Both the position numbers and the translations under genes were made by a program. Shown here piece by piece: positions 18,038 through 26,959 of a stretch of 64,000 bases of DNA (positions are counted from its first letter, which is position 1; every line of letters begins with the position of its first letter). A model generated the notes under the pieces. That model was not told the DNA's origin and did not search any database. It saw only the letters and a list, made by a program, of their open reading frames with translations. This DNA comes from Gemmatimonadaceae bacterium (GTDB taxonomy: Bacteria; Gemmatimonadota; Gemmatimonadetes; Gemmatimonadales; Gemmatimonadaceae), in contig JALHNZ010000003.1 in the NCBI GenBank assembly GCA_022843265.1, positions 64,645 through 128,644 on the forward strand, given 5' to 3'.

Positions 18038-19705
18038 ATGCCTCGATTCACACACGTCGCACTCCTGGTCGCCGTCTGCGTTGCTTCGCGCGCGGTTGAG
18101 GCGCAGCGAATGACCACGCTCGCCGGCCGATCGACGGTCTATGCGCCCAGCGCGATGATCGCCACGAGCCAGCCGCTAGCCTCCAGTGCTGGACTGCAGG
18201 TATTGCGTGACGGCGGCAATGCAATTGATGCGGCCGTTGCCGCCGCCGCGGTGCTGAGCGTGACGGAGCCACATATGACGGGCATTGGCGGTGACATGTT
18301 CGCCATTGTGTGGCTGGCCAAGGAGCAGAAGCTCGTTGCGCTCAACGCCAGTGGACGCGCCGGATCGCGCATGACGCTCGACGCGCTCAAGGCGCGCGGA
18401 TTCCGTGCCGGGTCGCAGCAGGGTGTGATGTCAGTAACCGTGCCTGGGGCGCTGGCGGGGTGGGATCTGCTCGTGCGCACACACGGCCGTCGTTCGCTCG
18501 CACAATCGCTGCAGCCGGCGATCGGCTACGCACGCGACGGCTTTCCGGTCTCGCCGATCATCGCCGCGCAGTGGGAAAAAGAAGAGGCGTTTCTCGAGCG
18601 CGATACGGCCGCTGCGGCCACGTATTTGCTGAACGGACGCGCACCGCGCGCCGGCGAGTGGTTTCGCAATCCCGATTATGCACGCACGCTGCAAACGATT
18701 GCCGACAGTGGCATCACCACGTTCTACGGCGGTTCAATCGGGCAGCGTATCGTATCGCATCTGTCAGCGCGTGATGGATTCATCACGCTCGACGATCTGA
18801 AGCAGAACACACCCGACTGGGTCACACCAATGTCGGCGACGTTTCGCGGATATCGGGTGTGGGAGCTGCCGCCGAGCAATCAGGGCATTGCCGCGCTTGA
18901 AATGCTGCGCATTCTTGAGCCGTACGACTTGCAGTCCATGGGTCACAACTCACCGTCGTACTTGCACCATCTGATCGAAGCGAAAAAACTGGCCTACGCC
19001 GACCTCGATCGTTTTGTCGGCGACGCCGATCATCTGGATATGCCTGCCGAACGCATGCTCTCTGACGAGTTCATCAACGAGCGTCGCAGCAAGCTGAATC
19101 CCACACGGGCGCAGGAGCGCGTGGATCCGGGGCCGCTGCGTACACAGAGCGAAACGGTGTATCTCACCGTAGCTGATGACGAAGGCAACATGGTGTCGTT
19201 CATCAACTCGATCTACGACTATTTCGGGTCAGGCATCGTGGTGCCGGGAACCGGCTTCGCGTTACACAATCGCGGCGCGGGGTTCACGCTCACCCCTGAT
19301 CTGCCAAACACGGCCGCGCCCGGGAAGCGTCCGTTCCACACGCTCATTCCAGGATTCGTGACACGCACGGTGAATGGACGCGAGCAGGCGTACATGAGTT
19401 TTGGACTCATGGGCGGTGGTGTGCAGGCGCAGGGGCACGTGCAGTTTCTACTCAACCACTTTGTCTTTGGCATGGACGTTCAGGCGTCCATCGACGCGCC
19501 ACGGTTTCGCCACTACGATGCGCAGCGTGTGGCGCTCGAAGCGCCCTTCAGTGATGCGGTGCGTACCGCACTCACGGGCATGGGGCACGTCCTGATTGAA
19601 CAACCGCCAGTCGCGTTTGGCGGGGCGCAAGCAATCATTCGATTGACGCGTGGCTACGCCGCCGGCAGTGACCCGCGTAAAGATGGGTTGGCGGTAGGGT
19701 ACTAA
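18038..19705 (+). CDS. ggt: Gamma-glutamyltransferase
   Basis: ORF 17963..19705. ATG 18038 gives the signal MPRFTHVALLVAVCVASRAVEAQ. GGT blocks are SQPLASSAGLQVLRDGGNAIDAAVA, TGIGGDMF, the autoprocessing region SETVYLTVADDEGNMVSFINS, and GLMGG. Confidence 0.9.
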   Translation: MPRFTHVALLVAVCVASRAVEAQRMTTLAGRSTVYAPSAMIATSQPLASSAGLQVLRDGGNAIDAAVAAAAVLSVTEPHMTGIGGDMFAIVWLAKEQKLVALNASGRAGSRMTLDALKARGFRAGSQQGVMSVTVPGALAGWDLLVRTHGRRSLAQSLQPAIGYARDGFPVSPIIAAQWEKEEAFLERDTAAAATYLLNGRAPRAGEWFRNPDYARTLQTIADSGITTFYGGSIGQRIVSHLSARDGFITLDDLKQNTPDWVTPMSATFRGYRVWELPPSNQGIAALEMLRILEPYDLQSMGHNSPSYLHHLIEAKKLAYADLDRFVGDADHLDMPAERMLSDEFINERRSKLNPTRAQERVDPGPLRTQSETVYLTVADDEGNMVSFINSIYDYFGSGIVVPGTGFALHNRGAGFTLTPDLPNTAAPGKRPFHTLIPGFVTRTVNGREQAYMSFGLMGGGVQAQGHVQFLLNHFVFGMDVQASIDAPRFRHYDAQRVALEAPFSDAVRTALTGMGHVLIEQPPVAFGGAQAIIRLTRGYAAGSDPRKDGLAVGY

Positions 19706-19736
19706 GCCAACGATCACGCCATCGGCAGCATCACCG

Positions 19737-19770
19737 GCAGCGTTACCGCTAGAGTTACCGGTAACGCTGC
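19737..19770. terminator. 11-bp stem hairpin between convergent ggt and the 565-aa gene
   Basis: gcagcgttacc (19737-19747) pairs with ggtaacgctgc (19760-19770). The loop is 12 nt. Confidence 0.4.
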
Positions 19771-19778
19771 TGAGAACG

Positions 19779-21476
19779 CTACTGACAGCGCGCCCAGGCC
19801 TCCAGTAATCGCGGGAGTCGTGCCAACTGATGCTGGTGCGTGCGTTCATTCAGCGCGCCCTTCGCACGCACAATTGCATCAAGCTGTCGCCGTTCTCCCG
19901 TTGGCCACGTTTCAAGATCCGGCACCAGATCGAGCGGGAGCGCCCACAGCTGATAGGCGGCCCGCTCGAGCTCCGATAACCCGCGCGACTCATCGCCCAG
20001 CAACACGCCAAGCACCCTCGCAAGCGCTTCGCGCTCCGCACGCGCACGATCGCCATCGTAGACATGCACCACGTGGCGCTGCACAATCCGCGTGAGCGCG
20101 GCCGTATCCAGTGTGGCCGTATTCGTCGTGGCGGTGTTTGGTGTGACCGACATCAACGGTGCAGCCGCACCGCCGCCTGCTTCGACGCGCAACTCAAGCC
20201 CCTCAGCCACCAGCGCACGCAACCGCGGCAACGGCACCGCGTACGTGCGGCGCTTGGCCAATCGCTCCGCTTCACGAGCCGCCGTTCGTTGCAGCAGCGC
20301 CGTCGTCGGGCGAAAACCGGCGCGGTAATAAAACCAATACGCGCCGCTCTTGAGGCCATCAGGATTCTGATGCCCAAGCTGATAGTTCTCCGCCTCGAAG
20401 CACGTCACGCCATACTCGTGATGATACAATCGCAACAACTGCGCAAAGAACCACGCCGATTCGCCGCCGCGCTGCGACGGAAAAACGTTGATGCCGATCT
20501 TTGATCGGTGCGGAAAAATCCACGCACCGCCGTATGCCAGCGGCACGCCATTACGAAACGCCATGAAGCCCACATAACTGTCAAATGGCAAACGATGGGC
20601 GAGGTCGAGCGAGAAAAGCGCGATCCGCAAGCCGCGCCCCATGTCGTGCAGCGTGACATCGCTGGCGTGCGTGATCGGATCAGTCTCACGTTGCATGGCG
20701 CACAGTACGGTGCGCGCCACATTGATCAGTTCATGTCGGGCCGTCGCGGACAGTGAAACGGACCGGCCGATTGGCTCGGCGAGCACCGACCTGACCTCCA
20801 CGTTTCGTTGCAGCGCGCCACGCTGCACAAAGGGCGCAGCGTGCGCTGCAAAAGCGGTGGTGAGTGCGCATCCCGCCTCGGGTGCAATGCGCACGTACAC
20901 ACGCAGTCGTGCGAAGAGTCCATCGCGCACAGTGTTACTCGTACACAGCAGATCCAGACGCGCAACGAGTTGTGAGAGTTGTGTGGTGCGACTCTCGCCG
21001 AATACGGCGGCCAGCATGTCGTCGGCGTTGCCTTCAAGCAGGTCGGCGGCTTCGATCTCGACCGGCAGCATCAGCATGCGCAGCACTTCGCGTATCGTTT
21101 CGACCTCGGTATCCAGTTCAGCGATCGACACGGCGCCGGGCCACCGCGCGAGCATCCAGCGCACGAGCGGCAATGAATAGTTCCCTTCGATCGGGGTGCC
21201 GGAAATGCCGCTGTTAAGAACGGCCCGCGCGTTGATGCCACTCACGCGTTCGTGTACGCGTGCAAGCTCCGCGCGCGCGAACGCATGCGTGCGCTCATCA
21301 CTTGGATTCGCCGTCACGAACAGCAAGAGATCGTGCCACTCGCGCAGTGTGCGCGCCGATCGAATGGGGCGTGTGGCACACAGCCGCAGCCGGTCCGCAC
21401 CGTCTGCCGCACCGCGGGCGAATGCACGGCGCATATCGAGCACGTCCACGGTGCGGAGCGCGGAGACCCCGCTCAT
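19779..21476 (-). CDS. Large hypothetical protein with central GNAT-like acyltransferase core
   Basis: 565-aa ORF with coding-like composition. INVFPSQRGGESAWFFAQLL resembles GNAT motif A (QxxGxS/A). YQLGHQNPDGLKSGAYWFYYRAGFRP resembles the GNAT C-terminal N..A..FY...GF motif. The flanking ~300 aa and ~130 aa are unrecognised. Confidence 0.55.
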   Translation of the reverse strand: MSGVSALRTVDVLDMRRAFARGAADGADRLRLCATRPIRSARTLREWHDLLLFVTANPSDERTHAFARAELARVHERVSGINARAVLNSGISGTPIEGNYSLPLVRWMLARWPGAVSIAELDTEVETIREVLRMLMLPVEIEAADLLEGNADDMLAAVFGESRTTQLSQLVARLDLLCTSNTVRDGLFARLRVYVRIAPEAGCALTTAFAAHAAPFVQRGALQRNVEVRSVLAEPIGRSVSLSATARHELINVARTVLCAMQRETDPITHASDVTLHDMGRGLRIALFSLDLAHRLPFDSYVGFMAFRNGVPLAYGGAWIFPHRSKIGINVFPSQRGGESAWFFAQLLRLYHHEYGVTCFEAENYQLGHQNPDGLKSGAYWFYYRAGFRPTTALLQRTAAREAERLAKRRTYAVPLPRLRALVAEGLELRVEAGGGAAAPLMSVTPNTATTNTATLDTAALTRIVQRHVVHVYDGDRARAEREALARVLGVLLGDESRGLSELERAAYQLWALPLDLVPDLETWPTGERRQLDAIVRAKGALNERTHQHQLARLPRLLEAWARCQ

Positions 21477-21570
21477 GGACGGCCCTCGGCCAGATGCCCG
21501 GCCGTGACAGCAACGGGATCCGGCGCACTGGTCACTCGCGTTCGTTCAACTATAACCATGGTGCAGCATA

Positions 21571-21605
21571 CACCTCCAACACCGGCCGCGCTGGTGTTGG
21601 AGGTG
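21571..21605 (-). terminator. 13-bp perfect-stem hairpin immediately downstream of the SDR gene stop
   Basis: cacctccaacacc (21571-21583) pairs with ggtgttggaggtg (21593-21605), with a 9-nt loop. It lies 1 nt from the stop at 21607-21609. No U-tract. Confidence 0.45.
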
Positions 21606-21606
21606 C

Positions 21607-22518
21607 TTACGTGAGACATCTGGTGATGCCATCTCGATATGACGTGGGCTGCAGTGCGTACGCCGCTTCGATCTTGCTGCTGTCGAATCGATAGTCATGA
21701 TCCAGCTGGTACATCATTTCCTGATTCTCGCGGATGACGGGCACAACCAATCCCATCAGCGAGAGCATCCACCCCGGCGCACGCTGCAACTTGTACGGCT
21801 GGCAAGCCAGTTCACACGCCAAGCGTACAAAACCGGCTCCGCTGAGCATCTCCCGGCTGGTGGGCAGGTGCCATGTGTGTCCGTAGGCTTGATCCGAGAG
21901 CCCCAGCGTGGCCACCGCGGAGCCGGCATCTGGCGTGTACGTGAAGCTGTGCACCGTGTCCGGGTTGCCGATCCACTGCGGAGATTTCTGGGCCTTGATT
22001 CGCTGAAAGACCGTTGCGTACGGGAAACTTTGTACCGCGCCCGGACCGTAAAAATCTGCCGCGCGTGCGATCAGCGCCTGCACGTTGCCGCTACGCATTG
22101 CTTCGAGCAGCAGCGTAGCGATTCGGGCGCGAACTTCACCCTTCTGGCTGTTCGGGTTAAACGGTGTGGTTTCCGTCATGACCCCCTGCACGTGACCGTA
22201 GGCGTAGACGTTGTCAAAAAACACCAGGCGCGCGCCGTGTTGTTGGCAGGCGTCAATGACATTCCGCATGACACGCGGCCATTGCTCCTTCCACGTGCTG
22301 GCCTTGTACGGCAGGCCGGCCACCAGATAGACCACGTCACTCCCGGCCACGGCGCTGGCGGTGGCCTGTGCATCGAGCAAGTCGGCGGCCACCGTCTCGT
22401 CGTTCGCGTTCACTGCACGGGGATGACGACTTACCTGTCGAATGCGGACAGCGGAGGAGGCAAGTGCGCGCGAGAGCTCGCGTGCAATGGTGCCATTGGC
22501 ACCGAGAATCGTATGCAT
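21607..22518 (-). CDS. NAD-dependent epimerase/dehydratase-like SDR family protein
   Basis: ORF 21607..22563. ATG 22516-22518 gives MHTILGANGTIARELSRAL (glycine-rich NAD motif). Length is ~303 aa. Confidence 0.7.
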   Translation of the reverse strand: MHTILGANGTIARELSRALASSAVRIRQVSRHPRAVNANDETVAADLLDAQATASAVAGSDVVYLVAGLPYKASTWKEQWPRVMRNVIDACQQHGARLVFFDNVYAYGHVQGVMTETTPFNPNSQKGEVRARIATLLLEAMRSGNVQALIARAADFYGPGAVQSFPYATVFQRIKAQKSPQWIGNPDTVHSFTYTPDAGSAVATLGLSDQAYGHTWHLPTSREMLSGAGFVRLACELACQPYKLQRAPGWMLSLMGLVVPVIRENQEMMYQLDHDYRFDSSKIEAAYALQPTSYRDGITRCLT

Positions 22519-22588
22519 GGTGTGCGGTGTGCTCGTGAGAGAACGACGGGGTCTCAGCGGCACCTACGGCGTTCTCGTCGGCTTCGTT

Positions 22589-22822
22589 TCACGCCACAAC
22601 CTCCCGTCGATCAGCCAGTCGCAGCTGGCCACTGCCCGGATGAGCCCGTTCGTTCGCGCCGAGACGCGAGCGGATGCACTCCGCGTCCTGCAAATGACCG
22701 GAGACAGCGGTACGCATGCGTTCGATCAATGCTTTCAGCGACGCGTCGTGAACCTGCGGCAGCAGCGACTGTTCAGTCACTGGGATGCGATTCCACGAAC
22801 AGCAACGCGGATTTGACAGCAC
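22589..22822 (-). CDS. Doubtful small ORF (hypothetical)
   Basis: 77-aa ORF in an otherwise ~340-bp gap. There is no motif, no SD and no signal. It is listed only because nothing else explains the gap. Confidence 0.2.
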   Translation of the reverse strand: MLSNPRCCSWNRIPVTEQSLLPQVHDASLKALIERMRTAVSGHLQDAECIRSRLGANERAHPGSGQLRLADRREVVA

Positions 22823-22900
22823 GCACTATTCGTCGAAGGATCGAAATCGGGGGGCATTCGCCTCTGCTCCCCGCGAGCGCGAATGACACAGTGATGGGCA

Positions 22901-23305
22901 TCAGAAGTACAATGCCGCGCGAATCGTAGCGGGCCCGAGCACGATGTTGGTGTTTGTCACAGCGCGCTCATCCGAACCGGCAGTATACGTTGACTTTCCG
23001 TATGTTGCCGAAAACCCGTAGGACGCGCCGAGCGACAGGTTGCGCGTCACCATCCATTGCGCGCCAACGTCGGAGAACACGCCGACACCATTGCCACGCT
23101 CGACCTCCGAGTTCGCGGTGCGCTGTCGTTCTACGCGCGAGTCGATCACCAGGGCGCCGACCGTGACATGTTGCACCATATTCTGCAGGAGCGGACGATA
23201 CCAACGGCTGCCGATCTGAAGCGCGATCCATCGGCTGTTCTGCAGGCTTGATGCGGCTACGAGTACGCCGCACGCAGCAGTGGACAACGAAGCGTATCGA
23301 AACAT
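22901..23305 (-). CDS. Short outer-membrane beta-barrel-like protein, paralogue of the C-terminal half of the upstream gene
   Basis: 134 aa ending ..ATIRAALYF (C-terminal Phe beta-signal). SRWYRPLLQNMVQHVTVGAL and FSDVGAQWMVTRNLSLGASY align with HRWYRPLTDHVAQHVTIGAL and FADVGALWFVTPRLSLGAAW of 23327..23965. Confidence 0.5.
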   Translation of the reverse strand: MFRYASLSTAACGVLVAASSLQNSRWIALQIGSRWYRPLLQNMVQHVTVGALVIDSRVERQRTANSEVERGNGVGVFSDVGAQWMVTRNLSLGASYGFSATYGKSTYTAGSDERAVTNTNIVLGPATIRAALYF

Positions 23306-23326
23306 GTCTATCGCTCGGAGAAATAT

Positions 23327-23965
23327 TCAGAAGTAGCGTGCGCCCTGCACGCGAACCTGTCCGAAGCGCAGTCTGGTTATTGTCGTTGACCTGGTCGCGT
23401 CTGCAGGCAGGAAACCGCCACGCGCCTTCTCGCGCGTGAAGGTCGCCTCTGTTGTCCAGGCCGCGCCGAGCGAAAGTCGCGGCGTAACGAACCAGAGCGC
23501 GCCAACGTCGGCAAAACCGCCTGCGCCCGACTCGGATTGCTCCAGGTTGGGCAGCGCGTCGGGCCCTGACGTCTGGCGCGTACTGGAGGCAAGCGCACCA
23601 ATCGTGACGTGTTGTGCCACGTGATCGGTAAGCGGGCGATACCATCGATGGCCAACGCGCACCTCGCCCCTGCGCAAGCTGGAGGATGCAGTGCCGACAG
23701 GAAAACCGTCGGAGTTCGTTTGATCGTCGCCACGGGTGTCGTTTACGGAAGCGCCCAGATATCCGATCCAGGCACGCGCCGGCGTGGAAAATCGCAGCAC
23801 GCCAAGGCTTTGATAACTGCTGCTGAGTGCGAATTCGGTGCCCCACTGACCGCGTCGGAAGGTGGTCGAATCGGGCTGTTGCGCATGGAGTGCATGCGGG
23901 GCAGCGAACACCACGATCGTTGAAAGCAGAGCAGCTCGCAGGCACGCTCGGGCGGGTCGGTTCAT
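23327..23965 (-). CDS. Outer-membrane beta-barrel protein (hypothetical)
   Basis: ORF 23327..24001. ATG 23963-23965 gives the signal MNRPARACLRAALLSTIVVFAAPHALHAQ. The C-terminus is ..RFGQVRVQGARYF. Confidence 0.6.
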   Translation of the reverse strand: MNRPARACLRAALLSTIVVFAAPHALHAQQPDSTTFRRGQWGTEFALSSSYQSLGVLRFSTPARAWIGYLGASVNDTRGDDQTNSDGFPVGTASSSLRRGEVRVGHRWYRPLTDHVAQHVTIGALASSTRQTSGPDALPNLEQSESGAGGFADVGALWFVTPRLSLGAAWTTEATFTREKARGGFLPADATRSTTITRLRFGQVRVQGARYF

Positions 23966-24082
23966 GCGACGACGGGGCAAAGACAGAAGGACTGCACTCA
24001 AGCGGTGCAGGGATGTCGAACCTTATTGTCCCGCAACCGGGACAATAGTTCCGTTGTCGACCGCAGCGTGCGCGTGTCCCTG

Positions 24083-24289
24083 CTAGGCGGCGCTCGCGTC
24101 GATCTCTTCCACGCTGACGTGCGGCAGATTGGCTTTAGCGGCCGCATGCTCAATCGTCATGCTGACAAGGTTGCCGTCCTTATCGAGATCAACGTACACG
24201 TTCTCGGAAATCTCGCGCGTCTCGTCGACACTCGCGTTGGAGAACTCCAGCAACGCCGTATCTGTGTCCTTGAAATATTTGACGTTCAT
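24083..24289 (-). CDS. DUF2283 domain protein (putative antitoxin-like partner)
   Basis: 68 aa, MNVKYFKDTDTALLEFSNASVDETREISENVYVDLDKDGNLVSMTIEHA, a typical DUF2283 pattern. Its ATG overlaps the upstream gene's stop by 4 nt. Confidence 0.8.
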   Translation of the reverse strand: MNVKYFKDTDTALLEFSNASVDETREISENVYVDLDKDGNLVSMTIEHAAAKANLPHVSVEEIDASAA

Positions 24290-24519
24290 GGCTTAAACCT
24301 TCGGTCGAAGAACGCGTTATGCACCGTCTCGCCGTCCGCGAGCAAAACGACGCGGAGGTATCGTGCTTCCTCTTGAATGTACACCCAACGCCGAATCCGG
24401 CCATCTGCCTGCACGGTCTCCGCGACCGGATGTTCGACAGCGAGACGGATCCATACGACGCGAATTCTTGCACGATCCGCTCGACGGCGGGTGTAGCTGA
24501 AATAATCGGTGAACTTCAC
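24286..24519 (-). CDS. DUF4258 domain protein (putative toxin-like partner)
   Basis: 77 aa, ..RIRVVWIRLAVEHPVAETVQADGRIRRWVYIQEEARYLRVVLLADGETVHNAFFDRRF, consistent with DUF4258. It is paired with the DUF2283 gene. Confidence 0.7.
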   Translation of the reverse strand: MKFTDYFSYTRRRADRARIRVVWIRLAVEHPVAETVQADGRIRRWVYIQEEARYLRVVLLADGETVHNAFFDRRFKP

Positions 24520-24660
24520 GGTATGTTCTTCTAAAGCAGGATGGACACCAGGCGTTCAACGGTTCCCCGGCACAGCCCAACGATACCGCAGAGCCGCCTG
24601 CTCGACTAACCATACGGCTGCACGCTCAACCACTCTGACTCCACCGCGAGCTGGTCCTCC

Positions 24661-25893
24661 ATGAACGTCCTCGTCCTCAACGCCGGCTCCGCTACACTCA
24701 AGTTTCAGGTTGTGCGCACCGATCACGATGCGATCGCTGCCGACACCGACGTCAAACTTGCGCGCGGTCAGATTGAACGCATTGGCGGTGAAGCCGTCAT
24801 CACCGTGCGGAGTCACGATGGCGTCTCGTCACGTCACACCGCGCCGCTGCGCGATATGTCGGCGGCGGTGGAGTGGTTGGTGGAGTGGGCGACCTCGGGC
24901 GCGGCAAATACGTCGCTGACGTCACGCGCCGAACTGCACGCGGTTGGACATCGCGTGGTGCACGGCGGCGAACGGTTTTCTTCGTCGGTGCGCATTACAC
25001 CAGGCGTCGCAATCGGCATCGAAGAGATGATCGAACTCGCGCCGCTGCACAACCCGCACAATCTTGCGGGCATTCGTGCCGCGCAGCGCGCACTCGGTGA
25101 GGGCGTGCCGCAAGTTGCCGTGTTCGATACCGCATTCCATCAGACGCTGGCGGAACACGCGTATCTCTACGCGATCCCGTATCCGCTGTATCGACGGCAC
25201 AAAGTGCGTCGCTACGGATTCCACGGGACGTCGCACCGTTCAGTCGCCTACCGCTGGCGACGGATCAGTGGCCTCCCCAAGTCTGACGTGCGCGTGATTA
25301 CGCTGCACCTCGGCAACGGATGTTCAGCGTGCGCGATTGTGGGTGGCGAATCCGTAGACACCTCAATGGGCTTCACGCCCCTCGAAGGGCTCGTGATGGG
25401 CACGCGTTCCGGCGACATTGATCCTGCCGTGCTCGATTTCATTGCCAGCAAGGAAGGACTGTCGTTGCCGCAGGTGGAAGCGCTGCTCAACTCGCAGTCA
25501 GGACTGCTCGGCGTGTCGGGATTAACAAACGATATGCGTGACTTGCTGGCCGAAGCGCGCGAACACAACGATCGGCGCGCCACACTCGCGATCGAGATGT
25601 TCTGTTATCGCGCGCGCAAGTACATCGGCGCGTATCTCGCCGCGATGGGCGGTGCCGATGCCGTGCTGTTCGCCGGCGGCATTGGTGAAAACTCGCCGGA
25701 GATTCGCGCCAGAATCTGCGATGGGCTGCAGTGGGCGGGACTGCACGTTGATACCAGTGCAAACGCAGCGCTGCATCACGGCAGGGAAGGGAAGTTCAGC
25801 ACGACCGAGTCAACGCTGCAGGCGTGGGTTGTGCCCACGGATGAAGAGCTGCTCATTGCGCGGGATGCGTATCGAACGGTGAGTCGGGGGTAA
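24661..25893 (+). CDS. ackA: Acetate kinase
   Basis: [77 protein letters not shown] and FAGGIGENS are all classic AckA blocks. Confidence 0.92.
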   Translation: MNVLVLNAGSATLKFQVVRTDHDAIAADTDVKLARGQIERIGGEAVITVRSHDGVSSRHTAPLRDMSAAVEWLVEWATSGAANTSLTSRAELHAVGHRVVHGGERFSSSVRITPGVAIGIEEMIELAPLHNPHNLAGIRAAQRALGEGVPQVAVFDTAFHQTLAEHAYLYAIPYPLYRRHKVRRYGFHGTSHRSVAYRWRRISGLPKSDVRVITLHLGNGCSACAIVGGESVDTSMGFTPLEGLVMGTRSGDIDPAVLDFIASKEGLSLPQVEALLNSQSGLLGVSGLTNDMRDLLAEAREHNDRRATLAIEMFCYRARKYIGAYLAAMGGADAVLFAGGIGENSPEIRARICDGLQWAGLHVDTSANAALHHGREGKFSTTESTLQAWVVPTDEELLIARDAYRTVSRG

Positions 25894-25910
25894 GCGACAG
25901 TCGCGCAGAA

Positions 25911-26192
25911 CTATCGATTCTTTTTCGGTAGATCGAATCCGTACATGCGTTCGCTGTCTTCTTCCACCACGAGCAGGCTGACGACCGTTCCCGGGAAGCC
26001 AAAGATGAAGCACACAATGCGCCAGCCGCTGGGGTTTCCCTGAGCGCGCATTGCTGCGTAAGAAAAATTCGCGAAGATCCAGACTGCGGAAGCGCCGGCT
26101 GTGCCGCCTTGCTCTGCGTCCTGCGCCAGCGCTGCTGATGGGGTTGTTGCAAGAAGTGCTGCCGCTTGCGCAGCGATTGCGCGTATTCGCAT
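25911..26192 (-). CDS. Hypothetical small secreted/membrane protein
   Basis: 93 aa. The signal-like N-terminus is MRIRAIAAQAAALLATTPSAALAQ, followed by two hydrophobic stretches (VWIFANFSY, IVCFIFGFPGTVVSLLVV). Confidence 0.4.
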   Translation of the reverse strand: MRIRAIAAQAAALLATTPSAALAQDAEQGGTAGASAVWIFANFSYAAMRAQGNPSGWRIVCFIFGFPGTVVSLLVVEEDSERMYGFDLPKKNR

Positions 26193-26279
26193 GTGTGTTC
26201 CCTGGGTGTTCGGTTCTCACTGTAACTGCGTTCAACGCAGAGACGCGGAGGCGCAGAGACTGCATGTTGAGGCGCGCGA

Positions 26280-26861
26280 TCAGTGCCCGCTTGCTGTCCT
26301 TGCGCCACGCACCACATACCGTAGGGCCACTGCTCCTGAACTCAACTCCTTTCGCCCCACCAGTTCCAAGTCTTTTCCCTTGGACAACCCGGCGAGCAGG
26401 CTCGGTCCGTGCCCCGCGATTCGCGGATGTACCAAAAACTCGTATTCGTCAATCAAGCCCAGCTCGGCAAGCGCCAATGGCAACGTCACGCCGCCCGTCG
26501 CAATGGCCCGGCCTGGTTCGCTCTTCAGCCGTTGGACAAACGCCGCGAGATCGCCGCGCACGAGTTCCGAATTCCAATCAACGCGCTGTATCGTGCTTGA
26601 TACGACGTATTTCTTTGCCGCGTGCATCGTGTGCGCAAACGGCTCCATCCAGTCGGGCATCCAATCGGGCCGTACGCCCGTCTCTGCAACCGGCCGCCAG
26701 GCTTCTTCCATCATGTTGTACGTCACGCGGCCGAGGATCATTGCATCAACATCGGCGATGCTCTTCGCGTGGTAGTGATGCATTTCTTCGTCTGGCGAAA
26801 CTGCGCGATGGTCGATGCAGCCGTCGAGCGTGACGTTAATGGAGTAACGAAGTGGTCGCAT
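26280..26861 (-). CDS. Dihydrofolate reductase family protein (RibD C-terminal domain-like)
   Basis: ORF 26280..26912, ATG 26859-26861. The sequence MRPLRYSINVTLDGCIDH..DAMILGRVTYNMM..IDEYEFLVHPRIAGHG is typical of this family. Confidence 0.8.
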   Translation of the reverse strand: MRPLRYSINVTLDGCIDHRAVSPDEEMHHYHAKSIADVDAMILGRVTYNMMEEAWRPVAETGVRPDWMPDWMEPFAHTMHAAKKYVVSSTIQRVDWNSELVRGDLAAFVQRLKSEPGRAIATGGVTLPLALAELGLIDEYEFLVHPRIAGHGPSLLAGLSKGKDLELVGRKELSSGAVALRYVVRGARTASGH

Positions 26862-26959
26862 GATATAACTCGAAAGGGGCGACGGCGGTAAGTTCAGCCG
26901 TCTGCGGTGCACGCTCTGTAAAGTCTATCGTCGCGCACTCACCTTTGCTGTCTCACTCC

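Noticed and set aside
21697-22929. 410-aa plus-strand ORF
   Set aside because: It is entirely antisense to a recognisable SDR gene. It has Arg/Gly/His-rich composition and no motifs, as expected for a shadow ORF in GC-rich DNA.
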